Shown here one piece after another: positions 9,810-16,985 of a stretch of DNA of 49,183 nt. Each line of letters begins with the position of its first letter. Within the stretch, counting starts at the first letter, position 1. The stretch covers positions 1 to 49,183 of IMG/VR virus record IMGVR_UViG_3300037522_000084. One strand, given 5' to 3'. The position numbers were made by a program, and so were the translations under genes. The stretch is from a virus (taxonomy: Duplodnaviria > Caudoviricetes). The notes beneath the pieces are model-generated. The model saw only the letters and a program-made list of their open reading frames with translations. It ran no database searches and had not been told where the DNA came from.

Positions 9810-10112
9810 ATGAGTGTCGCCGACAAGATGCCGGAGATCCGCGAGATGATCTTCGGCGTCATCGGCGACCGGGCTTTCATCGGCAGCGAAGAGGTCAAGG
9901 GCAAGTTCTTTCTCAGGTACAGGGAGATCCAGATGCCGGACGGCAGTATCTCGGCTCTGGACATCTCCTTCGATTGCCAGGTGAGCGACATCGTCCTCGC
10001 GCTCGTGGAGGACGACACGATCACCATCAAGAGCACGCAGTACAAGTTCCGGCGCCATATTCCGATCGGTGGTGACGAGTCGGGGCTGTGCACCTTGGAA
10101 TTAAAGCAATGA
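9810..10112 (+). CDS. Head-tail connector/closure protein (FII-like)
   Basis: 100-aa beta-rich ORF after the capsid gene, ending G.CTLEL. Confidence 0.6.
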   Translation: MSVADKMPEIREMIFGVIGDRAFIGSEEVKGKFFLRYREIQMPDGSISALDISFDCQVSDIVLALVEDDTITIKSTQYKFRRHIPIGGDESGLCTLELKQ

Positions 10113-10810
10113 GCGGAGGCATAGTGTATCGGCTGGATTTCGCCTCCCGCAAGAGCTACATCGGCGTGACGATCCGCCAGCTTGCCGTGCGTGTGCGCGC
10201 TCATGAGAAGAGCGCCCAGTATGGGAGCACGGATGCGGTGCATTGCGCGTGGCGCGCATACGGTCCCCCATCCGTCGTGACTCTGGCGATCGTCGAGCGG
10301 CATATGCTCGTGGAAACAGAGCAGCGCGCCATTGAGGTATTCGGGACGCTAGCTCCACTAGGCGGGTACAACATGCTGCCCGGCGGCGACGTGGCGATTT
10401 CCACGCAGCCGCCCGAAATGATCGAGAGGATGGCCGCTACCAAGCGCGGGCTCAAGCTCTCCGCCGAGCACCGGCTGAAAATCTCCGAGGGCCTGAAACG
10501 CAGCGCGCGGAAATGGGTCGTCTCGCAGGAGGCCCGGGACAAGATTGCGGCGACGCTGCGCGGCAGGAAGCACTCTGCCGAGGCGCGCGCCAACATGTCC
10601 GCCTCAAAGCGCGGGTTCAAGCGAACCCTGGATCATCAGGCGAAGCTGGCCGCAACGTTGCGCGGCCGGGTGAAAGGTCCGCTTCCTGCTGAAGTGGTGG
10701 CGAAGCGAGAGGAGACCAAGAGAAGGACGAAGGCCGCCCTCGGCCATGCCGGGCTGAACTACGGGAAACCGTGGTCTCGCACTCCGCGCCCAGGCGAACT
10801 GAAGAAGTGA
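10109..10810 (+). CDS. GIY-YIG homing endonuclease with NUMOD3-like repeats
   Basis: GIVYRL...SYIGVT, E..AI, GYN, then repeats LSAEHRLKIS / HSAEARANMS; ATG at 10109 overlaps the upstream stop. Confidence 0.85.
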   Translation: MSGGIVYRLDFASRKSYIGVTIRQLAVRVRAHEKSAQYGSTDAVHCAWRAYGPPSVVTLAIVERHMLVETEQRAIEVFGTLAPLGGYNMLPGGDVAISTQPPEMIERMAATKRGLKLSAEHRLKISEGLKRSARKWVVSQEARDKIAATLRGRKHSAEARANMSASKRGFKRTLDHQAKLAATLRGRVKGPLPAEVVAKREETKRRTKAALGHAGLNYGKPWSRTPRPGELKK

Positions 10811-11511
10811 AGCTTCTGTCGGATCTGCTGGCCGCCCATGCGGGCAGGCCGGCGCTCGTCATGGGCGGGGGCGAATCCCTGCCGCGCCAGGCCGAGCGCG
10901 CGCCCGAGGGGTGCGTGTACATCAGCGCCAACCAGCACGGCTGCCTATTGCGGGCCTGCGACTACATCGTCGCGTGCGACGACAAGCCGCGCGCACAGTT
11001 TCTCGGGCGCGACGGCCAGATGGTGACGCTCAAGAGCTTCGGCGTGCCGATCATCTCTCCGCGGCCGTCGATGGCCGACTACCTCACGCCGAAACCGCCG
11101 CACAACAACAGCGGCGCGGTCGCGGCCTGGGCGGCCTGGGTGATGGGCTGCGCGCCGATCCTCCTTGCGGGGATGGATTGCTACCGCGGCGCCTGCTACT
11201 GGCACGCGCCGAAGGCCCAGAGCACGGGCCAGCACCTGCAGTTGAGCAACCACATGGTCAAGTGGCGCACGCTCGCCGCGAAGCATCCGCAGGCGATGTT
11301 TCGCTCGATGGGCGTGCCGCTCGCCGATGTCTTCCCCGCCTACGATCCGGAGGAGCCGGTGATCCCCACGCCGATCGAGGCGATCGAGATCGACGCGCAC
11401 AAGGCGAAGGTCGTGCGCGCCTGGCGCAGGTTCCGGCCCGGCCAGGTCGTGGAGCTCACGAAGGCCGAGCTCAAGGACGGCCTGCGCAGCCGGACGATCG
11501 TCCAGCTCTGA
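10807..11511 (+). CDS. Putative glycosyltransferase-related protein (MptE-like/Maf DUF115 type)
   Basis: ALVMGGGESL, ISAN, DYIVACD, NSGAVA, ILLAGMDCY motifs; GTG start overlapping the upstream stop. Confidence 0.7.
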   Translation: MKLLSDLLAAHAGRPALVMGGGESLPRQAERAPEGCVYISANQHGCLLRACDYIVACDDKPRAQFLGRDGQMVTLKSFGVPIISPRPSMADYLTPKPPHNNSGAVAAWAAWVMGCAPILLAGMDCYRGACYWHAPKAQSTGQHLQLSNHMVKWRTLAAKHPQAMFRSMGVPLADVFPAYDPEEPVIPTPIEAIEIDAHKAKVVRAWRRFRPGQVVELTKAELKDGLRSRTIVQL

Positions 11512-11517
11512 AAGCGC

Positions 11518-12204
11518 ATGGACCGGCTGCGCATCTTCGTCGGCCACGACGAGCGGGAGTCGATCGGCCTCGCGGTGTTTATCGCCTCGCTCCTCGAGCA
11601 CGCAAGCCGCCCGGTCGACTTGACGGTCATCACCGCGGCGATGGCGGCGAAGCTCGGCATCGGCAGCGACGGCTCGAACGCCTTCACGAACTCGCGCTTC
11701 GCCGTCCCGCACTGGCTGGGCTACCAGGGGCTCGCCCTGTGGATGGATGGCGCGGACATGATGCTGCGCGCGGACCCCTACGAGCTGCTCGAGGTCCTCG
11801 ACTGGCACAGCAAGGCCGTGCAGGTGGCCAAGCACGACTACCGACCGGGCGCGGCCCGGAAGTACGTGGGCACCGAGATGGAATCGCCGAACATCGGCTA
11901 CCCGCGCAAGAACTGGTCGAGCGTCATGGCCATCTGGAGCGGTCACTCCCAGCACCGAAAGCTCAAGCCCGACTACGTCGCGGCCGCGAGCGGGCAGCAC
12001 CTTCACCGCTTCGAGTGGTGCGAGGACCGGGCGATCGGCGAGTTGCCGCTGGAGTGGAACTGGCTGGATGAATACGGCGAGAACCCGCGCTCGAAGCTCG
12101 TGCACTACACGAACGGGATCCCGGCCTTCGCCGCGTACAGGGACGCACCGCACGCCGAGGAGTGGCGGCGCTACCTGAAGAAGGCGCAGCGCGGGCTTAC
12201 TTGA
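11518..12204 (+). CDS. Glycosyltransferase (GT-A fold)
   Basis: IFVGHDERE, FTNSRFAVP, MDGADM (DxD-like), YPRKNWSSV, LPLEWNWL, VHYTNGIP. Confidence 0.85.
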   Translation: MDRLRIFVGHDERESIGLAVFIASLLEHASRPVDLTVITAAMAAKLGIGSDGSNAFTNSRFAVPHWLGYQGLALWMDGADMMLRADPYELLEVLDWHSKAVQVAKHDYRPGAARKYVGTEMESPNIGYPRKNWSSVMAIWSGHSQHRKLKPDYVAAASGQHLHRFEWCEDRAIGELPLEWNWLDEYGENPRSKLVHYTNGIPAFAAYRDAPHAEEWRRYLKKAQRGLT

Positions 12205-12230
12205 CAGCCTATGACACTTTGGCATAGTCT
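12201..12230 (+). promoter_or_regulatory. Sigma70-type promoter with overlapping palindromic operator for the RAMP cassette
   Basis: TTGACA at 12201-12206; -10 candidates TGG-CATAGT (12223-28) or TAGTCT (12225-30); inverted repeat CTATGACA-ctt-TGGCATAG (12209-12227, one mismatch). Confidence 0.65.
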
Positions 12231-12275
12231 CCGCCTCAGACCGTGGCATTGGGCCGCGGGTTTCAGGAGGCCAGA

Positions 12276-13049
12276 ATGGCTACCAAAGCGAAAGAGAAAG
12301 AGACCGAAATATCGGTCATGGAAGTGACACGCGGCAAGCTCGATGTGCTGATCGTTGGCAATTCACCGCTGATCTTCAACCGCATGAGCTACAAGGTGAA
12401 GCAGGAATTGCTGCTGCCGAGGGCGGCGAAGAAGAACGCCGCGGAGAAGGCCAGTTCCTTGAAGCACGAGCCGATCGCCGAGTTCAACGACTCGATCTAC
12501 AAGGACTTCAACGACAAGAACGAGACTCTGCTGGTGTTCCCGACGACGGCGTTCAAGCAGGCGATGAGCCATGCCGCGCTCGACCTTCCAGGCGCGAGCA
12601 AGTCGCAGATCGGGCGGCTGACGAACATCGACGGGCACAACGTCAACATCTTCGGGCGGCCGTATTTGCTGATGTCGGTGATCCGGTCTGCAGACATGAA
12701 CAGGACGCCCGACGTGCGCACGCGCGCGATTGCCCCGGAGTGGTGCTGCAGGATCACGGCGACGTACACCAAGCCGATCATCAAAGAGCAGGCCGTCGCC
12801 AACCTGCTCGCAGCGGCTGGCATGAACATCGGCATCGGCGACTACCGCGTGCAGAAGGGCGCCGGCAGCTACGGGCAGTTTCGGCTCGTGTCTGCCGACG
12901 ACAAGGACTACAAGCGCATCGCGAAGATCGGCCGGGCGGAGCAGGTCAAGGCGATGGCGGCGCACGAGCCGTACGACGACGAGACCGGAGAGCTTCTATC
13001 GTGGTTCGACGTGGAAGCGAAACGCCGCGGCTTCAAGGTGGCGGCATGA
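12276..13049 (+). CDS. Cas7/RAMP-like RNA-binding protein
   Basis: AGGAGG RBS; N-terminal strand IVGNSPLIFN, FPTTAFKQAM (equivalent to RAMP P..s.KGa.r), C-terminal glycine loop AGMNIGIGDYRVQKGAGSYGQF. Confidence 0.75.
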   Translation: MATKAKEKETEISVMEVTRGKLDVLIVGNSPLIFNRMSYKVKQELLLPRAAKKNAAEKASSLKHEPIAEFNDSIYKDFNDKNETLLVFPTTAFKQAMSHAALDLPGASKSQIGRLTNIDGHNVNIFGRPYLLMSVIRSADMNRTPDVRTRAIAPEWCCRITATYTKPIIKEQAVANLLAAAGMNIGIGDYRVQKGAGSYGQFRLVSADDKDYKRIAKIGRAEQVKAMAAHEPYDDETGELLSWFDVEAKRRGFKVAA

Positions 13050-13534
13050 CCACGAAACAGGAACAGGTGGCGATCCACCGGCGGCTGCAGGAGTTGGAGT
13101 CGAAGCGCCGCGGCGTGCTCACCCCGGACGCGGTTGTGGCCGATGCGAAGAGCAAGAAAAGCCCACTGCACTCGTATTTCGAGTGGGACAACGGTAAAGC
13201 CGGGCACGCGTGGCGGATCGAGCAGGCGCGCACGCTGATTCGCAGCGTCATGGTGGTGGTCAGGACGGATAAACAATCCGTCTCCATCGTCGCCTATGTG
13301 CGCGATCCAGATCAGGAGGCGGGCGATCAAGGCTACGTTTCCACGCTTCGGCTGCTGGACGACAAGGATCGCGCACGCGCCGCTCTGGTGGAGGAGTTTT
13401 CTCGCGCTGCGGCCGTCATGCGGCGAGCGCGTGAACTGGCGACAGCATTCGCGCTAGAGCCGAACGTGGACGACATCACGCGCAGGATCGAGCGCGTGGC
13501 GAAGAGGGTTCCGCAGGCGCGTGCTCGCGCCTGA
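13046..13534 (+). CDS. Conserved-looking partner protein of the RAMP gene
   Basis: ATGA overlap with the RAMP stop; LTPDAVVADAK...SPLHSYFEWD...WRIEQARTLIRSV. Confidence 0.75.
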   Translation: MTTKQEQVAIHRRLQELESKRRGVLTPDAVVADAKSKKSPLHSYFEWDNGKAGHAWRIEQARTLIRSVMVVVRTDKQSVSIVAYVRDPDQEAGDQGYVSTLRLLDDKDRARAALVEEFSRAAAVMRRARELATAFALEPNVDDITRRIERVAKRVPQARARA

Positions 13535-13539
13535 TGCAA

Positions 13540-13895
13540 GGCAGGCTAGGGCTGGCGTGGCCCGGCACGGCCCGGCCCCGGTCGGGCGGGGCTCGGCGAA
13601 GGCAGGCATGGCGAGGCTGGGCGGGTCACGGTCAGGCATGGCGAGGCCCGGTACGGCTTGGCGGGGCAGGCGTGGTGAGGCCTGGTGCGGATCGGCTAGG
13701 TGTGGCGAGGCGAGGCTGGGTGAGGCCTGGCAGGCGAGGCGCGGCCAGGCCGGGCGTGACGCGGTTGGGCAAGGTATGGCATGGCAAGGTGCGGAATGGC
13801 GAGGCCTGCCAGGGTAGGGCAGGCATGGAATGGCGTGGCTCGATGAGGCGCGGCCAGGCGGGGCCAGGATTGGCTCGGCCGGGCGAGACAGGCAA
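13540..13895 (+). repeat. GGY-NN pentamer array 1 (five units of 11, 12, 12, 17 and 13 pentamers), putative guide ncRNA
   Basis: 5-nt period, mostly GG(C/T)NN; GGCA 4-mers at 13540, 13601, 13665, 13729, 13818 and GACA at 13887 delimit the units. Confidence 0.9.
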
Positions 13896-13912
13896 CGCAA
13901 GGATGAATTGAC

Positions 13913-14092
13913 ATGACCGGAGCCGAACTGAAGGCGTTGCGCAAGCAGCTCGGTCTGTCGCTCGCGCAGGCGTCGCGGCAGGTCGAAGTTTCCGCGCGCT
14001 CGTGGGCCCGATGGGAGGCCGGAGATCAGCCGATCCCCGAGGGCGCGTTGAAGCTGTTTCGTATCCTCAACAAGCTGGAGAAAGTGAAGTAG
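13913..14092 (+). CDS. XRE-family HTH regulator (59 aa, not in the ORF track)
   Basis: MTGAELKALRKQLGLSLAQASRQVEVSARSWARWEAGDQPIPEGALKLFRILNKLEKVK*. Confidence 0.85.
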   Translation: MTGAELKALRKQLGLSLAQASRQVEVSARSWARWEAGDQPIPEGALKLFRILNKLEKVK

Positions 14093-14156
14093 GGCGAGGC
14101 GTGGTCTTGCGTGGCATGGTTGGGTAAGGTCGGGCCGGGCGCGGCAGGCTGGGCAA
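14093..14156 (+). repeat. GGY-NN pentamer array 2 (10 pentamers, GGCA, 2 pentamers)
   Basis: ggcga ggcgt ggtct tgcgt ggcat ggttg ggtaa ggtcg ggccg ggcgc ggca ggctg ggcaa. Confidence 0.85.
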
Positions 14157-14169
14157 GTGGTGGGTATTG

Positions 14170-14200
14170 GGGCTCGGAGCGATCCGGGCCCTTTTCTTTT
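14170..14200 (+). terminator. Intrinsic terminator closing the RAMP/array cassette
   Basis: GGGCTCGGA-gcga-TCCGGGCCC stem (one G-U pair) followed by TTTTCTTTT. Confidence 0.85.
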
Positions 14201-14211
14201 GGGGAGTCCCG

Positions 14212-14976
14212 ATGGCGCGCGCGTTCATCCTGCTGCGGCCGGAACCGCGGAGACGCGTGGAGGTATTTTGCAGCGGCTTGGAGGCTTGCGGGTACGAGGT
14301 CCACAAGCGCGCGCCGCGCGATGCGAATGCGGGCGACATATTGCTCGTGTGGAACAGGCGCGGTGGCGACGAAGCGCTCGCGGAGCGCTTCGAGCGCGCC
14401 GGCGGCATTGTGCTGGTCAGCGAAAACGCCTACGTAGATCGCGAGGGCTACGCCATTGCCAGGCATAAGCACAACGGCGGCGGCACGGCCCTCATAAATG
14501 ACCCGTCGAGAGCGGAACGCCTGCGCGTCGAGTTAAAGCCCTGGCGCACGTCCGGAGATTTCATCCTGGTGGCGCCGAATAGATTCATCGGCCCGCGCAC
14601 CGATGTCATGCCGGAAGTCTGGACGCCGCAGACCGTCGGGCGCCTGCAGCGGCTCACGAAGCGCCAGGTTCGCGTGCGCCTGCATCCTGGCAACTGGAAG
14701 CGCAGGCCGCCGAAGGTGCCGATCGAGGAGGAACTGCGCGGCGCGTGGGCGTGCGTGATCTGGTGGAGCACCGCCGGCATCCGGGCCCTGCTCGCCGGCG
14801 TGCCAGTCATCTACTGCGCGCCGTACTGGATCGGCGCGCGGGCCGCCGGCCGAGACCTGAAGGCGATCGAGGCCCCCATGCTCGGAGATCGCCAGGCGGC
14901 GCTGCGGGACATCGGGAACGCGCAATTTACGCTCGAAGAAATCTCGAGCGGCCTGCCGTTCCGAGGCCTCGCCTGA
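14212..14976 (+). CDS. Putative glycosyltransferase-like protein (GT-B / capsule-biosynthesis-like)
   Basis: DILLVWNR, VSENAY, VRVRLHPG, STAGIRALLAGVPV motifs; GGGAG RBS. Confidence 0.65.
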   Translation: MARAFILLRPEPRRRVEVFCSGLEACGYEVHKRAPRDANAGDILLVWNRRGGDEALAERFERAGGIVLVSENAYVDREGYAIARHKHNGGGTALINDPSRAERLRVELKPWRTSGDFILVAPNRFIGPRTDVMPEVWTPQTVGRLQRLTKRQVRVRLHPGNWKRRPPKVPIEEELRGAWACVIWWSTAGIRALLAGVPVIYCAPYWIGARAAGRDLKAIEAPMLGDRQAALRDIGNAQFTLEEISSGLPFRGLA

Positions 14977-15803
14977 TGATCCTCGTCACGGGCAAGGGCA
15001 CCTCAGGTTCGTGGAGGGTGCGCGGGGAGCAGCTCGGCGCGGCGATTGGCGCGCGCGTCAAGCCGCGCGCCAGCGATCTTCGAGGCTTCGACGCTGTGGT
15101 TGTTGTGAAGCGGGTTAGTGCCGAAACATTGGCGGCCATCCGCAGCTCTGGGGTCCGATTCATTTACGACATCGTCGACGCCTGGCCGCAGCCGGAGGGC
15201 AATTCGTGGAGCGAGGATCGCGCGATCACCTGGCTGCGGGGCGAACTGAAGCGCCTGCAGCCGAGCACCGTCGTCTTCACCACGTCCGCGATGCGCGAGG
15301 ACAGCGGATGGGAAGGCCCATCCCTGGTGCTCCCGCATCACGCTTGGCCTAGGTACTCGCGCAATCCCGAGCGGCCAGTGGAGATTGTCGGCTATGAAGG
15401 CGGGGCCCGGTATCTCGGCGCCTGGCGCGCGCATGTGGAGCGCGAATGCCGAAAGCGAGGCTGGCGTTTCCAGGTGAACGGCGACATGAGGCGCTGCGAC
15501 ATTGGCATCGCCCTTCGCGAGGATGCCGGCCACCCGGCGAGGCGGTGGAAGTCGAATTGCAAACTGGCGAACCTGCAGGCGCTTGGCGTTCCGGCGGTGT
15601 GCTCGCCAGAGTGCGGGTATCTGGAGTTTGGGTCTGGGGCGGAACTGTACGCAGAGGACCCAGCAGATTTGGCTATGGCCTTGGACATCTGCGCCGACGC
15701 GCAACACAGGAAGCAGGCGGCGGCGGTGATGCACCAAGCGACGCCAACCCTGAAGCGCGTGGCTGAGCAGTATCGGTCATGGCTTGATGGAGTTGCGAAG
15801 TGA
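14976..15803 (+). CDS. Putative GT-B glycosyltransferase-like protein
   Basis: GSWRVRGEQLG, YDIVDAWPQP, WKSNCKLANLQALGVP; TGATG coupling to the upstream gene. Confidence 0.65.
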   Translation: MILVTGKGTSGSWRVRGEQLGAAIGARVKPRASDLRGFDAVVVVKRVSAETLAAIRSSGVRFIYDIVDAWPQPEGNSWSEDRAITWLRGELKRLQPSTVVFTTSAMREDSGWEGPSLVLPHHAWPRYSRNPERPVEIVGYEGGARYLGAWRAHVERECRKRGWRFQVNGDMRRCDIGIALREDAGHPARRWKSNCKLANLQALGVPAVCSPECGYLEFGSGAELYAEDPADLAMALDICADAQHRKQAAAVMHQATPTLKRVAEQYRSWLDGVAK

Positions 15804-16219
15804 GCCCAAAGAGCGAGCAGCGGCGAGCGCTGGAAACGTGGCTCGAGATGATCCACCAATTACGATACGGAGCTTACAAAACAGCGCAGCAGTGGCCGGG
15901 AAATCCGCAGTCGTTTCTCGAGCATCTCGTCGAGAGGGAAGTGCGCCTCGAGCTGGGATCTGAATGCGCGGCTTCGCTTGCTTCTGCGCGACACACAAAC
16001 TGCAACTTAAGGCGGGAAACCATCGCGCTGCATGCGCTCTGGGAGCAGTTGCCGGAGAAGTTCAAGTGTGCAAGAGATCCGCACCAAATAGAGGGAGATC
16101 CGATCTTCCTGCGGATCAAAGGGCGCTTATTGCTGATAGACGGCCGCAGAAGGCTGAATTACTGGTCGCGGCAGGACCCGGACAAGATGATGACGATCTG
16201 GGTGATCGAATATGCCTGA
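15800..16219 (+). CDS. Hypothetical protein with ParB/Srx-like motif
   Basis: PIFL...LLIDGRRRL resembles the ParB N-terminal DGxxR motif; both ends overlap neighbouring genes. Confidence 0.5.
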   Translation: MSPKSEQRRALETWLEMIHQLRYGAYKTAQQWPGNPQSFLEHLVEREVRLELGSECAASLASARHTNCNLRRETIALHALWEQLPEKFKCARDPHQIEGDPIFLRIKGRLLLIDGRRRLNYWSRQDPDKMMTIWVIEYA

Positions 16220-16985
16220 TCTCACGATCTTGCTGGCTCCGGGCACTGAAAAGCGCATGTATTTGTTCAAAGCGCTACGCCGCAGATTCGCGGGCAACGC
16301 TTGCATCACCGGGCACTACAGCAGATCGAGCGGTATTCTCGCCGCGTGGGGCATGGGCGATGAACAGCGCAAAGCCATGGCGCAGCATCAAGGCCCGGTA
16401 CTCATATTCGATTACGGCTTCTGGGGATCAACGGACGCTGATCCCTTTGTCAGGCTCAGCAATCTGACGCCAAAGGTTTTGCCGCCCGCGAGTGGCGAGC
16501 GGTTCGATGGCTTGGGCGTCAAGATCACCTCGGAGGGAAGACGTGACGGCCCGATTGTGATTGTCGGGCTTGGCAGGAAAACTCGTCATCGTTATGGCTT
16601 GCAGGGCGCGCAGTGGGAGCTGTCTGCGCTTCGGAGGGTTCGCGCGAAGTTTCCGGGACGTCGCGTGCTCTACAGGCCGAAGCAGACGGCGGACAGTCTG
16701 CCGGGCTGCGAAACCATGAGCAAGGGAGCGATTGAAGACGTAATCCGCGACGCGGCGCTGGTCGTCTGCAAGCACAGCAACGTTGCGGTGGATGCCGCGG
16801 TCATGGGCGTCGCGGCCGCGTGCGAGAGCGGCCCAGGGGCGTATTTGTGGGGCAACGACCTGAGCCTCGACGTGCCTTCGGTAGAAGAGCGCCTCGAGTT
16901 CTGCCGGCGGCTTGCGTGGTGGCAATGGCGCATCAGCGAAATCGAGAAAGGAAAGTGCTGGCCATGGATATTAAAGCACCTCTGA
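16212..16985 (+). CDS. Putative glycosyltransferase-like protein (paralogue type of 14212)
   Basis: FDYGFW, VLYRPK, HSNVAVDAAVMGV, LAWWQWRISEI. Confidence 0.65.
   Translation: MPDLTILLAPGTEKRMYLFKALRRRFAGNACITGHYSRSSGILAAWGMGDEQRKAMAQHQGPVLIFDYGFWGSTDADPFVRLSNLTPKVLPPASGERFDGLGVKITSEGRRDGPIVIVGLGRKTRHRYGLQGAQWELSALRRVRAKFPGRRVLYRPKQTADSLPGCETMSKGAIEDVIRDAALVVCKHSNVAVDAAVMGVAAACESGPGAYLWGNDLSLDVPSVEERLEFCRRLAWWQWRISEIEKGKCWPWILKHL

Noticed and set aside
5143-10058. Very long antisense or alternate-frame ORFs (for example 874 aa, 865 aa, 594 aa)
   Set aside because: Shadow ORFs of high-GC coding sequence overlapping well-supported portal, protease and capsid genes
13454-13944. Several Arg/Gly/Ala/Trp- or Pro-rich ORFs over the pentamer array
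   Set aside because: They are by-products of a stop-poor 5-nt repeat, open in many frames on both strands; the region is better explained as non-coding
13540-14156. CRISPR array
   Set aside because: No 23-50 nt direct repeats with unique spacers and no cas1/cas2; the periodicity is 5 nt
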